Positions 25,782-39,647 of a DNA stretch of 64,000 nt are shown piece by piece. A program made the translations under genes and the position numbers. The stretch covers positions 32,490,001 to 32,554,000 of the forward strand of contig NC_087436.1 in the NCBI RefSeq assembly GCF_036321535.1, given 5' to 3'. The DNA is from Camelus dromedarius. Its lineage: Eukaryota. Positions within the stretch are counted from its first letter, which is position 1. Every line of letters begins with the position of its first letter. The notes beneath the pieces are model-generated. The model searched no databases. It was not told the origin of the DNA and saw nothing but the letters and a program-made list of their open reading frames with translations.

Positions 25782-26837
25782 CTTTTGTTTTTTATTTATT
25801 TTTTATTAAGTATAGTTAATTATAATGTGTCAATTTCTGATGTATATAGCATAATGCCCCAGTCATGCATATATATATATATTCGTTTTCATATTCTTTT
25901 TCATTAAAGGTTATTATAAGATACTGAATATAGTTCCCTCTGCTATACAGAAGAAATTTGTTTATCTATTTTTATATATAGTGGTTATCATTTGCAAATC
26001 TCAAACTCCCAAATTTATCCCCTCCCATCCCCTTTCCCCTGATAACCGTAAGATTGTTTACTATGTCTGAGAGTCTGTTTCTGTTTTGTAGATGAGTTCA
26101 TTAGTGTCCTCTTTTTTTCTTTTTGTTTTTAGAGTCCACATATGAGTGGTATCATATGGTATCTGTCTTTCTGGCTTCACGTAGAATGATGATCTCTAGG
26201 TCCATCCATGTTGCTGCAAATGGCATTTTATTCTTTTTTATGGCTGAGTAGTATTCTGTTGTAACATACACACACACACACGTATATTTTATACACACAC
26301 ACACACACACACATATATATCATATATATTCACTGCAACTTCTTTATCCAGTCATCTGTTAATGGACATTTAGGTTGTTTCCATGTCTTGGCTATTGTAT
26401 GTTGTGCTGCTGTGAACACTGGGGTGCATGTATCTCTTTGAATTACAGTTTATTTCAGATATATGCCCAGGAGTAGGACTGCTGGGTCATATGGTAAGTC
26501 TTTTTTTAATTTTTTGAGGAATGTCCATAGTGTTTTCCATAATGGCTGCACCAAACTACATTCCCACCAGCAGTGTAGGAGGGTTCCCTTTTCTCCACAC
26601 CCTCTCCAGCATTTATTGTTCGTGGACTTTTGAATGATGGCCATTCTAATTGGTATGAGGTGATAGCTCATTGTAGTTTTGATTTGCATTTCTCTGATAA
26701 TTAGTGACATTGAGTATTTTTTCATGTGCCTATTGGCCATTTGTATGTCTTCACTGGAGAATTGCTTGTATAGGTTTTCTGCTCATTTTTGGTTTGGGTT
26801 GTTTGTTTGTTTTTGTTATTAAGTTGTATGAGCTGTT
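25782..26837 (-). mobile_element. Lineage-specific L1 3' end with ORF2 C-terminal remnant
   Basis: ORF 26450-26740 is the L1 ORF2 C-terminus (IREMQIKTT...[27 protein letters not shown]); 3' UTR and A-rich tail on the minus strand. Confidence 0.92.
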
Positions 26838-27229
26838 AAAGTTATTCCTCTAGAGCACATGGGTCCCAGGTAAAGAACCTCTAACCTTCTGAAAGGTTGG
26901 AAGGGACCACTACGATATTAACAGAGAACTTAAAAGACATAAAAAAATATATAGGTAAGTAAAAAAAGTGGGAAATAATGAGTAAACACAGAGCTTAGAG
27001 ACAGAGATAGACTAAGTGACCTGGGAGACAAAGATAAAAGAGTATAGTTTGATCCCTAGAGCTGCTTTTGGTTCAAATTCCAGGGCCAGTGTATCATTGC
27101 AATAAATACCTCTTTTTCTTGAAGTAAGTTTTTGCTTCTTACAAGCAAATAAGCCAAACCATATATGATATGTAGCATAAAGATTTATAAAGTGTATCTT
27201 AAATTCTATCTAACCTTTCTTTTTTCCCC

Positions 27230-27789
27230 CAGGTAAAAGAGACTACCCTTGACCAGTTCCTTTGAGATAACCTTCTGAGCCCTTGGAATATCCTACCTAA
27301 TAAGAGTATCTTTGTATGCCTGAGCCTTTGGGCAACACCAGATAGTTTACACTGACACTGATTTACGGTGAACACCCCTTTGTATACTTGGGCCCTTGGG
27401 CTAAACTGTATGAGTTTGACCTTTTGCGGGGTGGGGCAGTGGCTAGAGACTGAGCAGCTAAGGTCAGTCATGTTGCACGTGCCTATGCAACTGAATCCCA
27501 AAATAACCCTGGAACCATGGCTAAAGTGAGCAACCCTACTTGGCAACACATCATTGTGTTGTCACACATTATTGCTGGGAGAATTAAGTGCTGTCCAGGT
27601 GGCTCTACTAAGAAAGGAAAACTGGAAGCTTGCACCCAGTTTCTCCTGGATCTTGTCTTGTGCACTTTTTCCGTTTGTTGACTTTATATCATTTTGTAAT
27701 AATAAACCATGAGTATAATAGTTTTTCTGAGTTATTTGAGTCCTAGTGAACCACTGAACATGAAGGTGGTCTTGGGGACCTCTGACACA
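27230..27789 (+). mobile_element. MER21-like ERV LTR
   Basis: ttctgagcccttggaatatcct...aataaacc...ggtggtcttggggacctctgacaca 3' end. Confidence 0.7.
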
Positions 27790-29052
27790 GGTTCTCAGTC
27801 AAGAAAAGTTCCAACTATTAGAGCTGCTAGCTAAAGAAGACAGAAACGTTTTTCTGAGTTCTTACTACAAAAGCACAACACAACTGTAAGTACTTTATGT
27901 GTCTTTACATGTTTAGTCTCATCTAAACCTTACTCATCTAAACCTCATGAGGTAGGTATTACTATATCCAATTTTCACATGAGGAAACTAAGGATCAGAA
28001 AGGTGATTTTCAAAAACTCTTACAGCTAAATAACCTGAATGCCAGGATCCAAATCCAGATCTTCTGAACCTAAGTCTAAAGAACTTTCTTTGTTAACTTT
28101 ATACCTCCCACTACATAATTAGACAGTTCAAAACATTCAATATATATTTGCCAATGATATATAAATTGTGGAAAAAAGGGAATTAAGGGTCTAAAAAGAA
28201 ATGAAAGGAAGTAGCAACAAAGAAATGGTCCATGAATAGTTGCTTTTAAAGAACCTGCTAGGACAGCTTGGTTGGTTGGTTGGTTGAGTGAAAGAGAAAA
28301 AAAGAAAGAATGATGGGGTAGAGAGGGTGGATGAGGGGAAGACCTTGAGAGTAATGTAGGTGGTCTAGTGTATATCGAGGTAACAAAAGAAATGGAGACC
28401 ATGACAAATGGTATATAGTGTATATGAGCAGGAAATTTTGAAAGTGAGATTTCTGTAACCAAGAGAATGATTATCGTGAAAAGGAAAAGGACTTTTGTAA
28501 TAAAAAGAGAGAATTCTCTAACTTAAATTTATCATTTTCCTGTTTGTTTGATTTGATCTTCCTACACATTTTAGTCACAGCTAAACAGATCCTTAGTCAT
28601 AAAGAAGAAACAATTTACTTCTTTAGGAAATAAATTGCTTCAGTGGTAGGAAATACATAGCTGCTGACTGGTTTTTTTTTTTTTTTTTTTTTTTTGCTTA
28701 CCAAAACCAGATTGAATGCTGAAATTTTTTAGTGCAGAATAGTGACAATAATATGTAAGTCATATTAAAAATTAACACTTAAATCAGAGAAATATTGCCT
28801 TGAGACAAAAGACCCCTTAGTTATTAAACTGTTAAGAGGTTTAGAGAAATTTGTACAAGTTTATATAATTCTATGTTTTTCATATGTAACTTCTATAACT
28901 TAATGTATATTATAATAGGCTAATAGAATGTTTTAACTATTATTGTTTCCCACCACTTGAACACCTCTTTCCCAAATAGAACTCCACAGGTAAGAAATCC
29001 AACTATTTCTTAGAAAATTTTAGAGATATTAAAATATAATTACTGGTTTTTC

Positions 29053-29239
29053 CTAAAAATAGAACTACCATATGACCCAGGAATTCTACTCTCAGGTGTA
29101 TATCCAGAAAAAAACCCCAAAATACCAACTCGAAAAGATACATGCACCACTGTATTCACAGCAGCATTATTTACAATTGCCAAGGTAGGGAAGCCACCTA
29201 AGTGTTCATCAGCAGATGAATGGATAAAGAAGATGTGAG

Positions 29240-29275
<36 letters not shown>

Positions 29276-29638
29276 GAAGACTACTCAGCCATAAAAAAGA
29301 ATGAAAATTTTGCCATTTGCAGCAACATAGATGTACATGGAGGGCATTATGCTAAGTGAAATAAATCAGACAGATAAACACAAATACTGTATGATATCAC
29401 TTATATGTAGAATCTGAAAAACTACAACTAGTGAATAAAACAAAAAAGCAGTGGACTCATAGATATAGAGAACAAACTAGTGGTTACCAGTGGGGAGAGA
29501 GGAGGGGAAAGGGCAACAAAGGGGGAAAAAAAGGGGTACCATGCATTACATGAAATCACATGTGTGAAACTTCTGAAAATTGTAAACCACTATGGACTTA
29601 AAAAAAAATCTTTCATCCAATAAAAAATAAAATTAAAA
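29053..29638 (+). mobile_element. L1 3' end inserted at the SLC25A31 exon 2 donor
   Basis: aaatagaactaccatatgacccag...gatgaatggataaagaagatg...aataaaaaataaaattaaaaaa; internal (CA)n at about 29242-29272. Confidence 0.9.
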
Positions 29639-29644
29639 AATTAC

Positions 29645-29772
29645 CTGTTTTTCTTTATTAACTCCGGACATGAAAAGTTGTTTGTATTTGTCTTTAAAAG
29701 CAAAGTTTAGAGCTTGTGTTGGAAAATACCGGATGACATTTGCCAAGTTGCCACGCCAATAACTGAGGAAAC
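29645..29772 (-). CDS. SLC25A31: SLC25A31 exon 2 (128 bp)
   Basis: (G)[42 protein letters not shown]; ctag| acceptor and |gtaatt donor. Confidence 0.97.
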
Positions 29773-32700
29773 CTAGAGAAGAAAACATACTAAATATAAA
29801 CTTATATTGTATTATTAGTAAATAATTTCCATAGTTTTAACAAACGTAGCTGGTTGAATTATCTAAAACTTACACCTTTTCTTATGAGAAAAAAAAAAAG
29901 TTTACATGTGTCTCCAACTGAAGAGAAAAGAGAGTTAACTCCATGTACCCCATTCCAGTTTTGTTAATTTCCAATAAGAAGCCCTGAATACCTGAAAACC
30001 TATGGAAAGCATTATCAGCTGAATATAAGGCTCTTTACTAGTAGAAAAATAGAGCTTACTAGTATTTGTCAGAGAAGCTAGTAACCCTTAGCCTCATTTC
30101 CAAATCAGAAAATACAATTCCTACAGTAACTAGGCTGTTGGAACAAAATTGTTTTGTACACATGCTCCTGAGAATGAGGGATAAGTCTTATCTTTATGTT
30201 CTGAAACCTAGCCAAAAAAGGAATCAATTTTCAATTCAAGGCAGTTTTCAGAGGCCTGAAAGATTAGAGGAAACTTTCAAGATCTTCCCACTTCAAATTT
30301 CCATGGATTGACTAAACTTTATAATTCAGTAATTGTGTTACCTTTATAACTCAGAGCTGCCTTTATAATCCATAGCTGCCATAGAATACAACAGGCTAGC
30401 TCTTCAGTACCTCTGGCTATTGTTATAGCTTTACTTTGCAGCTCTTAATAGGATACCTCTAGTCCCAGTTTGGAGAATAGAATATCCAGAACCAGTCTTC
30501 TAAAAATAAAAATTCAAATGAAAATAATCTCAGTTGACTGGTCCCGGCGCTCAGAAACTGAAAGTTAGATGAGGTAAGTACACAGAGGGAAAGATACATA
30601 TTTGTTAAATAAGTAAGTACACCCTGTGGGAAAAAACAGTGAATCTTTGTGACTCTCAAGCTGAATATAAAGCAATTTCACAAAGACAATTAAGAAGTAC
30701 TTTTAATAGCCAAGAAATAATCTAGAAGCCAAGAAATAATCTAGAATCCTAGAAGCTGATTCAGTTTCTAGGCATAATCACTAGGGCATTTAACACATAA
30801 TGGTAATAGCTACAACTTCTAGCATTTAGTATGTGCCAGCACTGGCAAAAGCTTTATATGTAAATTTCATTCGATATACTATGCTTATGATACAGGTTCT
30901 CCTATAGTACTCACTTTATACATGCACAAACTGAAACTTTTGTAAGTTTAAAAACTATAACCAGGATTTAGAATCAAGTCATATGTCCCCAAAGCTCTTC
31001 TCCAGGTTTGGGTTTCTGGAGAAACAAATCTTAAGAGCAGTATGGTAAATAAAGTTCTCTATTTTTTTTTTAAAGGAAAATGATTATTGTAAAAATGTTG
31101 AGGCTATATTAACAAAAACAATAAAACTAATTTCAAGGAACTGCTTTTTATTCATTTCATCCTCATAATCACTCATGAGGTAGGAATTACTAATATCTCC
31201 ATTTTAAATATGATGAAATGATATTAAAACAACTTCTAAGGTAGAGAGAAGTTAGCTAACTAACTTGCCCAGTTAGAAAACTGTAGACCTTAAATTCAAA
31301 CTCAAGCAATCTGACTCAATAATTTTGTCTCTTAATTGCAATACTTTTCCATAAATACTTTAAACATGAAAATATTTTCTGTACTAAGAAAAGTCAATAA
31401 TTTTTCTTTAATGGAAGAAAAATAAAAATCTTAAAATATAAGAAATGTAAGCAAATTATAACAGAATATTTCTTGCTAGTTATGGCCACACTGAATTACT
31501 GAGGGAGTTGGTGAATCTAATTTTTGGAGATATTTTTAGTGATTTTTAAATTCTTCATAGTAAATAAAAACATTTAAAAATATAATTAGGCAATTGTATT
31601 TTCTGAGGTCAGATCTGTGGAAGAGAAACAGAGTGTAAAATATGATGGTGTAAATGATAATGAAGAATAAGATTTGGTTTTCTACACCGTACTTTATAGT
31701 AATACAAAAACAGATTACTGGCAGAGGATAAAGTCAATCTTAAAAGGATAAAGAAGAACATATTGGCTGGAGAATTGCCAATCTGATCAAATGAGATTTA
31801 AGATGAAATCATCATTTGTTTAAAAAAAAAACACTAATAAATGAAAAGAAAAAGTGTCATGTATCAAAATATATTAGAATTTCCATTTTATACATGACTC
31901 ATATATTAATAGTCATTTTGGAAATGGCTGATTCGGCTAGATGGTATTCAGGTACTATGGGTTTCATTGCACCCCCCCCAAAAAAAAACCCAGGTATTAT
32001 GGGTATCAGATTATAAGTTATTAGTTATAATTCTATCATTATGATTACAGTACTGAATTAATATTTATTTCACAAAAGAGTGTCATATGTAAGAGTAGCA
32101 TGAATGTTTGTATTTTTGGCTAATGTACTGAATATAAATGGAAGATTCTGATGACAAAGACATCTGCATATTAACATGAGACCATGAAAGAGTGCCAGAT
32201 TTATGACTAAAGAGGTTTTCTAGCCTTGACAGAATAATGTATTCCTTTTAGTAAAATTGTATTTGCATGAAAAAACCTAGAGGATTCATCAAAACACTGT
32301 CAATGTCTCAATGAAAATCTAGAAACAAATAAATCTTTGGAAGTATAACTGGAAAACTGGCAGCTCTTGATGAGTTATGTCTGAAAAAATACAATCTAAC
32401 ACACATAAAATACTGCTGCATATATTTCACAGAATTCATGGATTCCCTGAAGCTACAGCTACCAGGCTAAAACCTCGTTTTAGCCTCTTTTTCCACAGAT
32501 CACACTTTAAAAACTCATTCTTATTTCCTTCTTTGCATCTCACTGCTGTACCATGCTTGTAGGAGCACCAATGTCCTTGCTAAGAGTCCAAAGAGGAATG
32601 CATTTTCTATAGAAATATTTTTTGTTGGGGCCAGATTTCAGGGTTTTATTCAACTACACTTTAAGTACACTATGTACTATGCAGATTCTTTAGATAGATT

Positions 32701-32819
32701 ACAAGAATCTACTCTATGTGTAATGCAAATTTATCCCGAATACATTCATTTACAAATGAATACAAGGAACAGATTTTATAAATGTATGAATGTATTCAAA
32801 ACGATTACAGAGTTGAAAT

Positions 32820-33050
32820 TTAGTGAGCATTAACTATGCAATAGACACATGGTTGAGTATTTTACAGACATTGTATTGTTTAACCATCACAACTACTACC
32901 ATATGAAGTGGGTAATAATATACCACGGATACAGCTGAGGAAATAGAGACTGAGAGAGGTTAAATAAAAACTGTTCAAGGTTACAAGGTAAGGGAAAGGT
33001 TTGGATTTGATTCCAGATCTTTCTAGATATATCTGACTCCAAACCTAGAG
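32820..33050 (-). mobile_element. MIR SINE
   Basis: acagctgaggaaatagagactgagagaggttaa...gttcaaggttaca...atctgactccaaa. Confidence 0.7.
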
Positions 33051-33461
33051 CTATTAAATCTCTATTGCCTCTATGTAAAAATCAATTTTGGATAAAAATA
33101 GTAGTACTATTTGGTCAGAATAAAACAAACGAAAAGCAAGAGTGATGCAAATGTAGGAGTATTTGATTCTCTAGTCACACAGAATAAAAGAGCAGTTTCC
33201 TAACATATAATCACAAAATTGATAGTGAAAAACAGTAATTGCAATACATTTCTCTGCTAATAGCAGAACATTTAACTTTTTGACTTAGTAACTAAATAGA
33301 AATAATATCTTCTAAATTTACGGGAGAGAAAAACCTACTCTGAACTTAATTCTGAGAAAATAATTAAGAATTAATATAGAACTGATGGGAAAAAGTTACT
33401 GGGCCATTTGCTGGTCAACTTACCAGCCAAGAATGGAAATGCCAAGGCATGTCTGGGAATA

Positions 33462-33698
33462 CAGTTGACCCTTGAACAATAATGCAAGGGTTAGAGGTGC
33501 TAATTCTCTGTGCAATCAAAAATCCAAGTATAACTTGCAGTCAGCTCTCCTATATCTGGTTCCTCCATATCCCTGGTTCTATAACCACAGATGCAACCAA
33601 CCAGGGACCATGTAGTACTATAGTATTTACTACTGAAAAAAAATTCGTGTATAAGTGGACCCACACAGTTCAAACCCATGATGTTCAAGAGTCAACTG
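33462..33698. mobile_element. MER8/Tigger2-type non-autonomous DNA transposon
   Basis: Terminal inverted repeats cagttgacccttgaaca and tgttcaagagtcaactg, 237 bp, TA at the left flank. Confidence 0.85.
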
Positions 33699-36600
33699 CG
33701 TATTCTAGACTAGCAAGCGCAAACATGTTTTGACAGTAGGCCTATCAGGGAAAAAAAATGTAATTATGACTCTCAAATATGTACATATTTTATAAAGGAA
33801 ATTATATATCTTTGCTACTATACTGCACTGCTATGTATATCTGTAAAACATCCAAAAGAGAAATTAAATAACGAGATAAGGATTCTTTATTTCAAAACCT
33901 TTTATTCATACCAAGGGGACAGTGGACCTGCTGAGGATAGCACTAGGAACAAAGCTCTTAGTTTTATGGAGCTTACATTTTGAGAAGACAGACACTGAAC
34001 AAATAAATACATCAGGTGGCCATAATAACTATAAAAATATATCAAATATATCAAGTGGTCACAAGAACAAAAACAGTATATATGAAGATGGAGAATGAGG
34101 AAGGGCTATTTAGATAGCATGGTCAGAGAAAAATTCTAGATATTAGGGCACAACTGGGCATTTGTGTTACTAGTTAAAAATCAGTATTTTTCAGATATCT
34201 TGCTAATCATAACATTTTCATACTATCATTTGCTATTATCTCAAGGCAACCAGGTGAAGTCATTCTTAAAAACAGTATATGTGAATTTATATTTCAAATA
34301 GTTTTCTTGACAGTTTCAAATATTTGAATAGTCTCTATAAATCTATTTAATTGAGCAAACATAAACTACAATATGTCTATTGTACAACAACTTAGGGTAC
34401 CTGTCATCCCCTCTACCCTGTGTAACTCCTACTCTTTTTCCAGGATGCCTTAATGTCCTGTGATATGTAACTGACATTTGGCCCAACCACAGGTGCCAGT
34501 GCCAATTCATTTACTAAATATCAGTAAAGTTTATTTTGCCATTTTATTTAGATAAAGTGTATACCTAATATTTTCTTTCCATATCCCAAAACATCATCTT
34601 CAAGATGTAAAAACCTCACTACTTTAGCCTTCAGAAAAATCACGTTTGGAAAAGTTCAGATTAAAGACAGCTGATGAATTCATGGCCAGGAATATCTAAG
34701 AGAAATGAGTTTTGGTAGGCTCTTAAAAATGAGACTATAGATAATATCTTTAAAAGGCTATGTTACAATATATTAAATAAAGCATTTAAATTAATTAAAA
34801 TATATAGAAATTGACACATATATTGACTATACTTCAGTAAATATATATATACAAAAAAGAATTTAACAAGCAAAAAAATATATTTACAGATGCAGTTTTG
34901 CTAAGCAAAAAATCATAGCATAGACACCAAAATATTAAATGGGGTGATTTAACAGTGATTTTTTAAAAAACTTTTTGCTTCTCTGTATTTTCCAACTTTT
35001 TTATATTAAACACGCATTATTTGTGTAATAAAGACTTAAATAGTACTAAATAAAAGTACAAATACAAAGTTGGAAGGTCATAAAATCAAGTAAAGAATAG
35101 AGTAAATCTTTAAGAATAGCATTAGTCAGGATAAATGAAGAAGCTTTCATAAGCCAAGGAAGGCTTACAAAAAAGTATCAAAGACACCCAAAGAGATGTT
35201 TAAAGCTACATTCAGAGCAAGAACAAAGAGATCTTTCCTTGAGGTGTAAAGAAAGAGATAAGGTAAAAAGATAGTAGAGAGCATATAGTTGTGCTTTCTG
35301 AGTTCACTGTCTCTTATACTCACTCCATTTGAAAGGAAAAGTTACGGTACAATTAAAGCAAACACGAACAACAAGAGAAACTTCAGAACATTGAGATGGC
35401 CATGTATCTTGACTTTCACAACAGAGAGAAAAGGTAAATTCCAGAAAATAACAGTCTCAGAATTTGATTGCCTAGTAAAGTTCCAGAATAATCTAGCAGT
35501 GATTTTCAACCCTCCCAGGTTCAAGTCTTCTATATATAATAAATATGTTACAATGCTTCCTTTACTAACTAGAAATAGAATTCAAAGTCCATGACCTCTT
35601 CACTAATTAAAAAAAATCAATGTAATGCCCTTTCTGTGATATACAAAGAGAAAATAAAGGAATTTATAATAAAATATATATTTTAACTAGTAAATTGGTG
35701 AGGCATGATCACACCATAGACATAATAGTCAGATGCTTGCTTCTACTTATAATGAATCAGTTGTGACATTCTGAAAAAAGGGCTTAATAAATATATTTGT
35801 ATATTATATATATACACAATCATCATGAATTCAATAGTTACAAATGATATAAGTGGCTAAATTCCACACAGAGTTGCTGACATGAGTTTTCACAATGATG
35901 AACAACTCTCAGTAAAATTCTGAACAACACAAAGTACAATCTTCCCTTTACTTACATGGTAGCTGCATTCCTGGAATCAATGTATGCTAGAACTATGCAC
36001 AGACAGTTTGTGTTTATAGGTAAACCAGAGTTTCTAGGCTTAGATAATCATAAACTGGTTTTACTGCTGTATGAATACCCAGTGGGAGATCTGAGTCATT
36101 CAGTTGCAGGATAAGTCTTTATTGTGTAGGACCAGCCACGTATAGCAGCAGCAGGATGTGTAGCAGCCCTGGATTTTGCCTTTCATACCACTGCAGTTTA
36201 GGATTACACCCTTTCATCTTCATGCTAAACAAAAAATTCCTCACAAGTTTCCAAAAATGCCCCTAGATGGCAATATTAACCCTGTTGTGAATTACTAATC
36301 CTTTAGCATAGAATATACCATGGTGTATTCATAACAAGGCCTTATATATAATAGAAAATATTTTTTTAAAATTCTGCTTATGATCATCTCATCTTGGAAA
36401 GTACAGAAAGTAGGGACCAGAATACTATTTTCAGAAGGGTCTCAATTTACAAGAGTTATATTGAAAATATCTAGGTTTAAATATTACAAAAAAACATTTA
36501 AAATATAAAATGATTTAGCACTGCTCAGCACTATCTATCCAGACTATTTAACTTTACCTGAGTAAATATTTAAAGCAGATTAGCAAATAAGAAGAAAAGT

Positions 36601-37060
36601 GGGAACCTTGCTCTGATAAAATAAACAGAAGTGGGGAGCTGTGAACCACTAACTGAAAGATCTAAGCTTAGCTCCCAGATGGGGCATTCTAAATCAACAG
36701 GTTAAATGACACCTCAAGAGTTTACCCTTGATCCTAAAAACTCCACCCAACATGTCAAAAAGAGTTATAACCGCATCCCTAGAAAGGGAATTCTTTTTTT
36801 ATGGGAGAAAAAGTAACCTGCCCTTGACATATAGGAGTGAAAGAAAGGACTGCACTGGAGTTGAAGCCACTTCCCTTCTTGTTAAGAATACACAATAAAT
36901 AGGTCTATTTCCTTTTTACAGTTCATAAAGAGGTTTCAACTGAATCCAACTATATGGGTGAATTATAGGAGATTTCTAACCAATTTATCGTCTTATCCAT
37001 TTAGCTAACTTAGGAGCCATTCTGCAACAGGAGGGCAATGAATGGTTAACAAAGCATTTT

Positions 37061-37667
37061 TGGAATCTTAATTCAAAAAAATACATGCACCCCAGTGTTC
37101 ATAGCAGCACTATTTACAATAGCCAAGACATGGAAACAACCTAAATGTCCAACCACAGATGACTGGATAAATAAGTTGTGATGTACTTATACAATGGACT
37201 ACTATTCAGCCATAAAAAATAAAATAATGCCATTTGTACCAACATAGATGGACCTGGAGATTGTCATTCTAAGTGACATAAGCAAGAAAGAGAAAGAAAA
37301 ACACCATATGATATCACTTATATGTCGAATTGAAAAAAAAAAAAAGACAAACAAACTTATTTATAAAACAAAACACTCCTCACAGACATAGAAAACAAAC
37401 ATGGTTACCAGGGTGGGGAAGAGGGTGAGAAGGGATAAATTGGGAGTTCGAGATTTGCGGATACTAACTACTGTATATAAATAACAAGTTCATACTGTAT
37501 AGCACAGGGAACTGTATTCAATATCTTGTAGAAACTTATGGTGAAAAAGAATGTAAAAATAAATATGTATATGTTCATGTATGACTGAAGCATTATGCTG
37601 TACATGAGAAATTGATACAACACTGTAAACTCACTATACTCCAATAAAAATATACACAAAAAAACAA
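37061..37667 (+). mobile_element. Lineage-specific L1 3' end
   Basis: L1 3' UTR motifs; 13-bp TSD aacaaagcatttt at 37048-37060 and 37668-37680. Confidence 0.9.
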
Positions 37668-37809
37668 AACAAAGCATTTTCATTATTTATTCCTTGAAAA
37701 CATTTCAATATTAATAGAAAAAAACTCCTCAATGAACAAAAATATCAAAATTTTAGCTAAAGACCGCTTGACGCAAATAAGAAATTAATACTGATCATGT
37801 CTTTATTCA

Positions 37810-37945
37810 ATGTTTTGTAATAACCTATAACGGGAAAGAATCTGAAAAAGAATATATAAATATGTATGTATAAGTGAATCACTTTGCTGTACACCTGAAA
37901 CTAACACATTGTAAATCAACTGTACTCCAATAATTTTTTTAAAAA
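37810..37945 (+). mobile_element. Short artiodactyl-type L1 3' tail
   Basis: taacctataacgggaaagaatctg...gaatcactttgctgtacacctgaaactaacacattgtaaatcaac. Confidence 0.75.
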
Positions 37946-38429
37946 ACAGCAAAAAAAACTATAAAAAAATCTTTACTTAAAATTTTAATATTTTGCTTAT
38001 CATGGGGTTTTCACATTAATTTTGATTTTTTAAAAATACTGCATTAAAATATTATTCGTTTTTATTATTGAGTTTTTTGCCCCCCCGCCCCTCAAATTTA
38101 TGCAGATGTGATTGCTTCTTTAGTTGCAGCGCTGGTCTTCAATAGTTCCTGAGAATAAACAGAACCTCTTTTCTCTCAACACGTACTAGATACTGAGAGG
38201 CCTCAATGTTTCCATATTTGGAATGCTTCTCTTAAACGTAGTATTTCAACAAATATTTAAGCAACGTAAAGCACCTATTAACGTACAGCCAAGTGCCTAA
38301 TGGCATCTCCCTCAATTCTGGGAGGTCAACTACTTTCCTCCACAGCGAGACGGTGCACCGAGGTGTAAATCCTGCTGCAAACGAGAAATTTAGAAAGAGA
38401 AGATGGTAGTCTCCCCTACCTAAGGACTG

Positions 38430-39200
38430 GTCACGTGTGGGCCTTCTCGGACGTGGGAAAGCAGAGCCTCTTACACTGGTTAGGAAATCGAACTATCGAA
38501 GCCGAAGAAACCAACTTAACCACCGACACACACGGCCGTGGCGCTCGCAGTCGTCCCCTCCCGGCCACTCCGTTTTCAGGGAAGGGGACCCGGCTCGGAG
38601 AGAGGCTGGCGCGGCGGGCGGCCTCCCGTACTCACCTTGCTCACGAGGAATCCGCACCAGGCAGTCGATCATGCCTTTGTACTGCGCCTCGGGGCTGATC
38701 TGCTTGGACGACGCCTGCACCTGCAGCAGCAGCTTCACCCGCTCGATGGGCGCCACCGTCGTCTTGGACACAGCCGCCGCCACCCCGCCTGCCAGCAGGT
38801 CCTTCCCGAAGGACCCGGCGTCAAAGAGCCGCTTTTCCGCCTTCTTCTCCTGCTTCTTCTTCTGAAGATCACGCTGCATGGTGGGTCGACGGACGTAAAA
38901 ACAGGCAGCAGCAGCCCACAACGAGCGCGGGAGAGACGACGAAGGGAAGCTGAAAACGCCTCCGCGTCGTCCTGGCGGGAAAGCGGCGCACAGGACGCTG
39001 GGAGAACAGCGTGCCAAGGGGCGAGGAGCTGCGCAGGCGCCTCTAACCGCCTGCCGCCACCTGGCGCCAGATATGTGACTCCCGACACGCGACTCTTCCG
39101 CGCGGCGCTGTCTGGGAAAGTGTTGGTGCTGGGTAGTGTCTGCGCGGGCAGGGGTGGAAGGCAGTGGGTTCTGACCCTGGAAGGTGCGGTAAGGAACCCG
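38430..39200. promoter_or_regulatory. CpG island / SLC25A31 promoter
   Basis: CpG-rich, with E2F site TTTCCCGCCA (minus, 38973-38982), NRF1-like GCGCAGGCGC (39031-39040), MYB-like TAACCGCC (39044-39051) and E-box CACGTG (38432-38437). Confidence 0.88.
38636..38879 (-). CDS. SLC25A31: SLC25A31 exon 1 (244 bp), ADP/ATP translocase 4 (ANT4); spliced CDS 972 nt, 323 aa
   Basis: [55 protein letters not shown]...IPREQ G|gtgag. The basic N-terminal extension, 6-exon structure and position between INTU and HSPA4L identify ANT4. Confidence 0.97.
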
Positions 39201-39476
39201 GGAGAGCCAATTCTATGTAAGGATATTTAACAGCCAAAACTGGGACGGAGTAGTAAACCAACCGTGTGGAATTAACCCAGTTTAGTTTTAGTTCTCGGAG
39301 TAACCCTTGCACCTTCTATTAGAAATCACTTTAATTTCTGCCCCTATAATTTAGCAGGGGTCTTTTGTCTAGTCACTGTCTTACTGTCTGGTTTTACTCA
39401 TTTCAGCCCTTTAAGATTATGTGACATATTCTTCTTTCTCCTGTATTTTATTTAAATTGGTAATTCTATCTGGAGC

Positions 39477-39647
39477 AGTGATTCTCAATCCAGACTGCAC
39501 AGTCAAATGAGATGAGGGAGGGGTGTTTTGTTCTGTTTAATACTTGGCTTGTGCCCAGACTGTTAAATCAGAATCTCTAGAAGTGAGACCTGGCGTCGGT
39601 GTTTAAATTCCCCAGGTAATTTTCATGTGCAGGGTTGAGAACCAGTG
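39477..39647. mobile_element. MER5-type hAT relic
   Basis: cagtgattctcaa...aatcagaatctct...ggttgagaaccagtg termini. Confidence 0.75.

Noticed and set aside
26450..26740. 96-aa ORF as a host gene
   Set aside because: It is the L1 ORF2 C-terminal remnant of a 5'-truncated element.
30708..30745. 19-bp tandem duplication agccaagaaataatctaga
   Set aside because: A simple intronic slippage duplication with no sign of function.
38435..39312. Long ORFs around SLC25A31 exon 1, including an apparent 46-aa N-terminal extension from 39017
   Set aside because: The extension starts at TTG and the real ATG is at 38879 in good context (accATGc). The other ORFs are GC-island artefacts.
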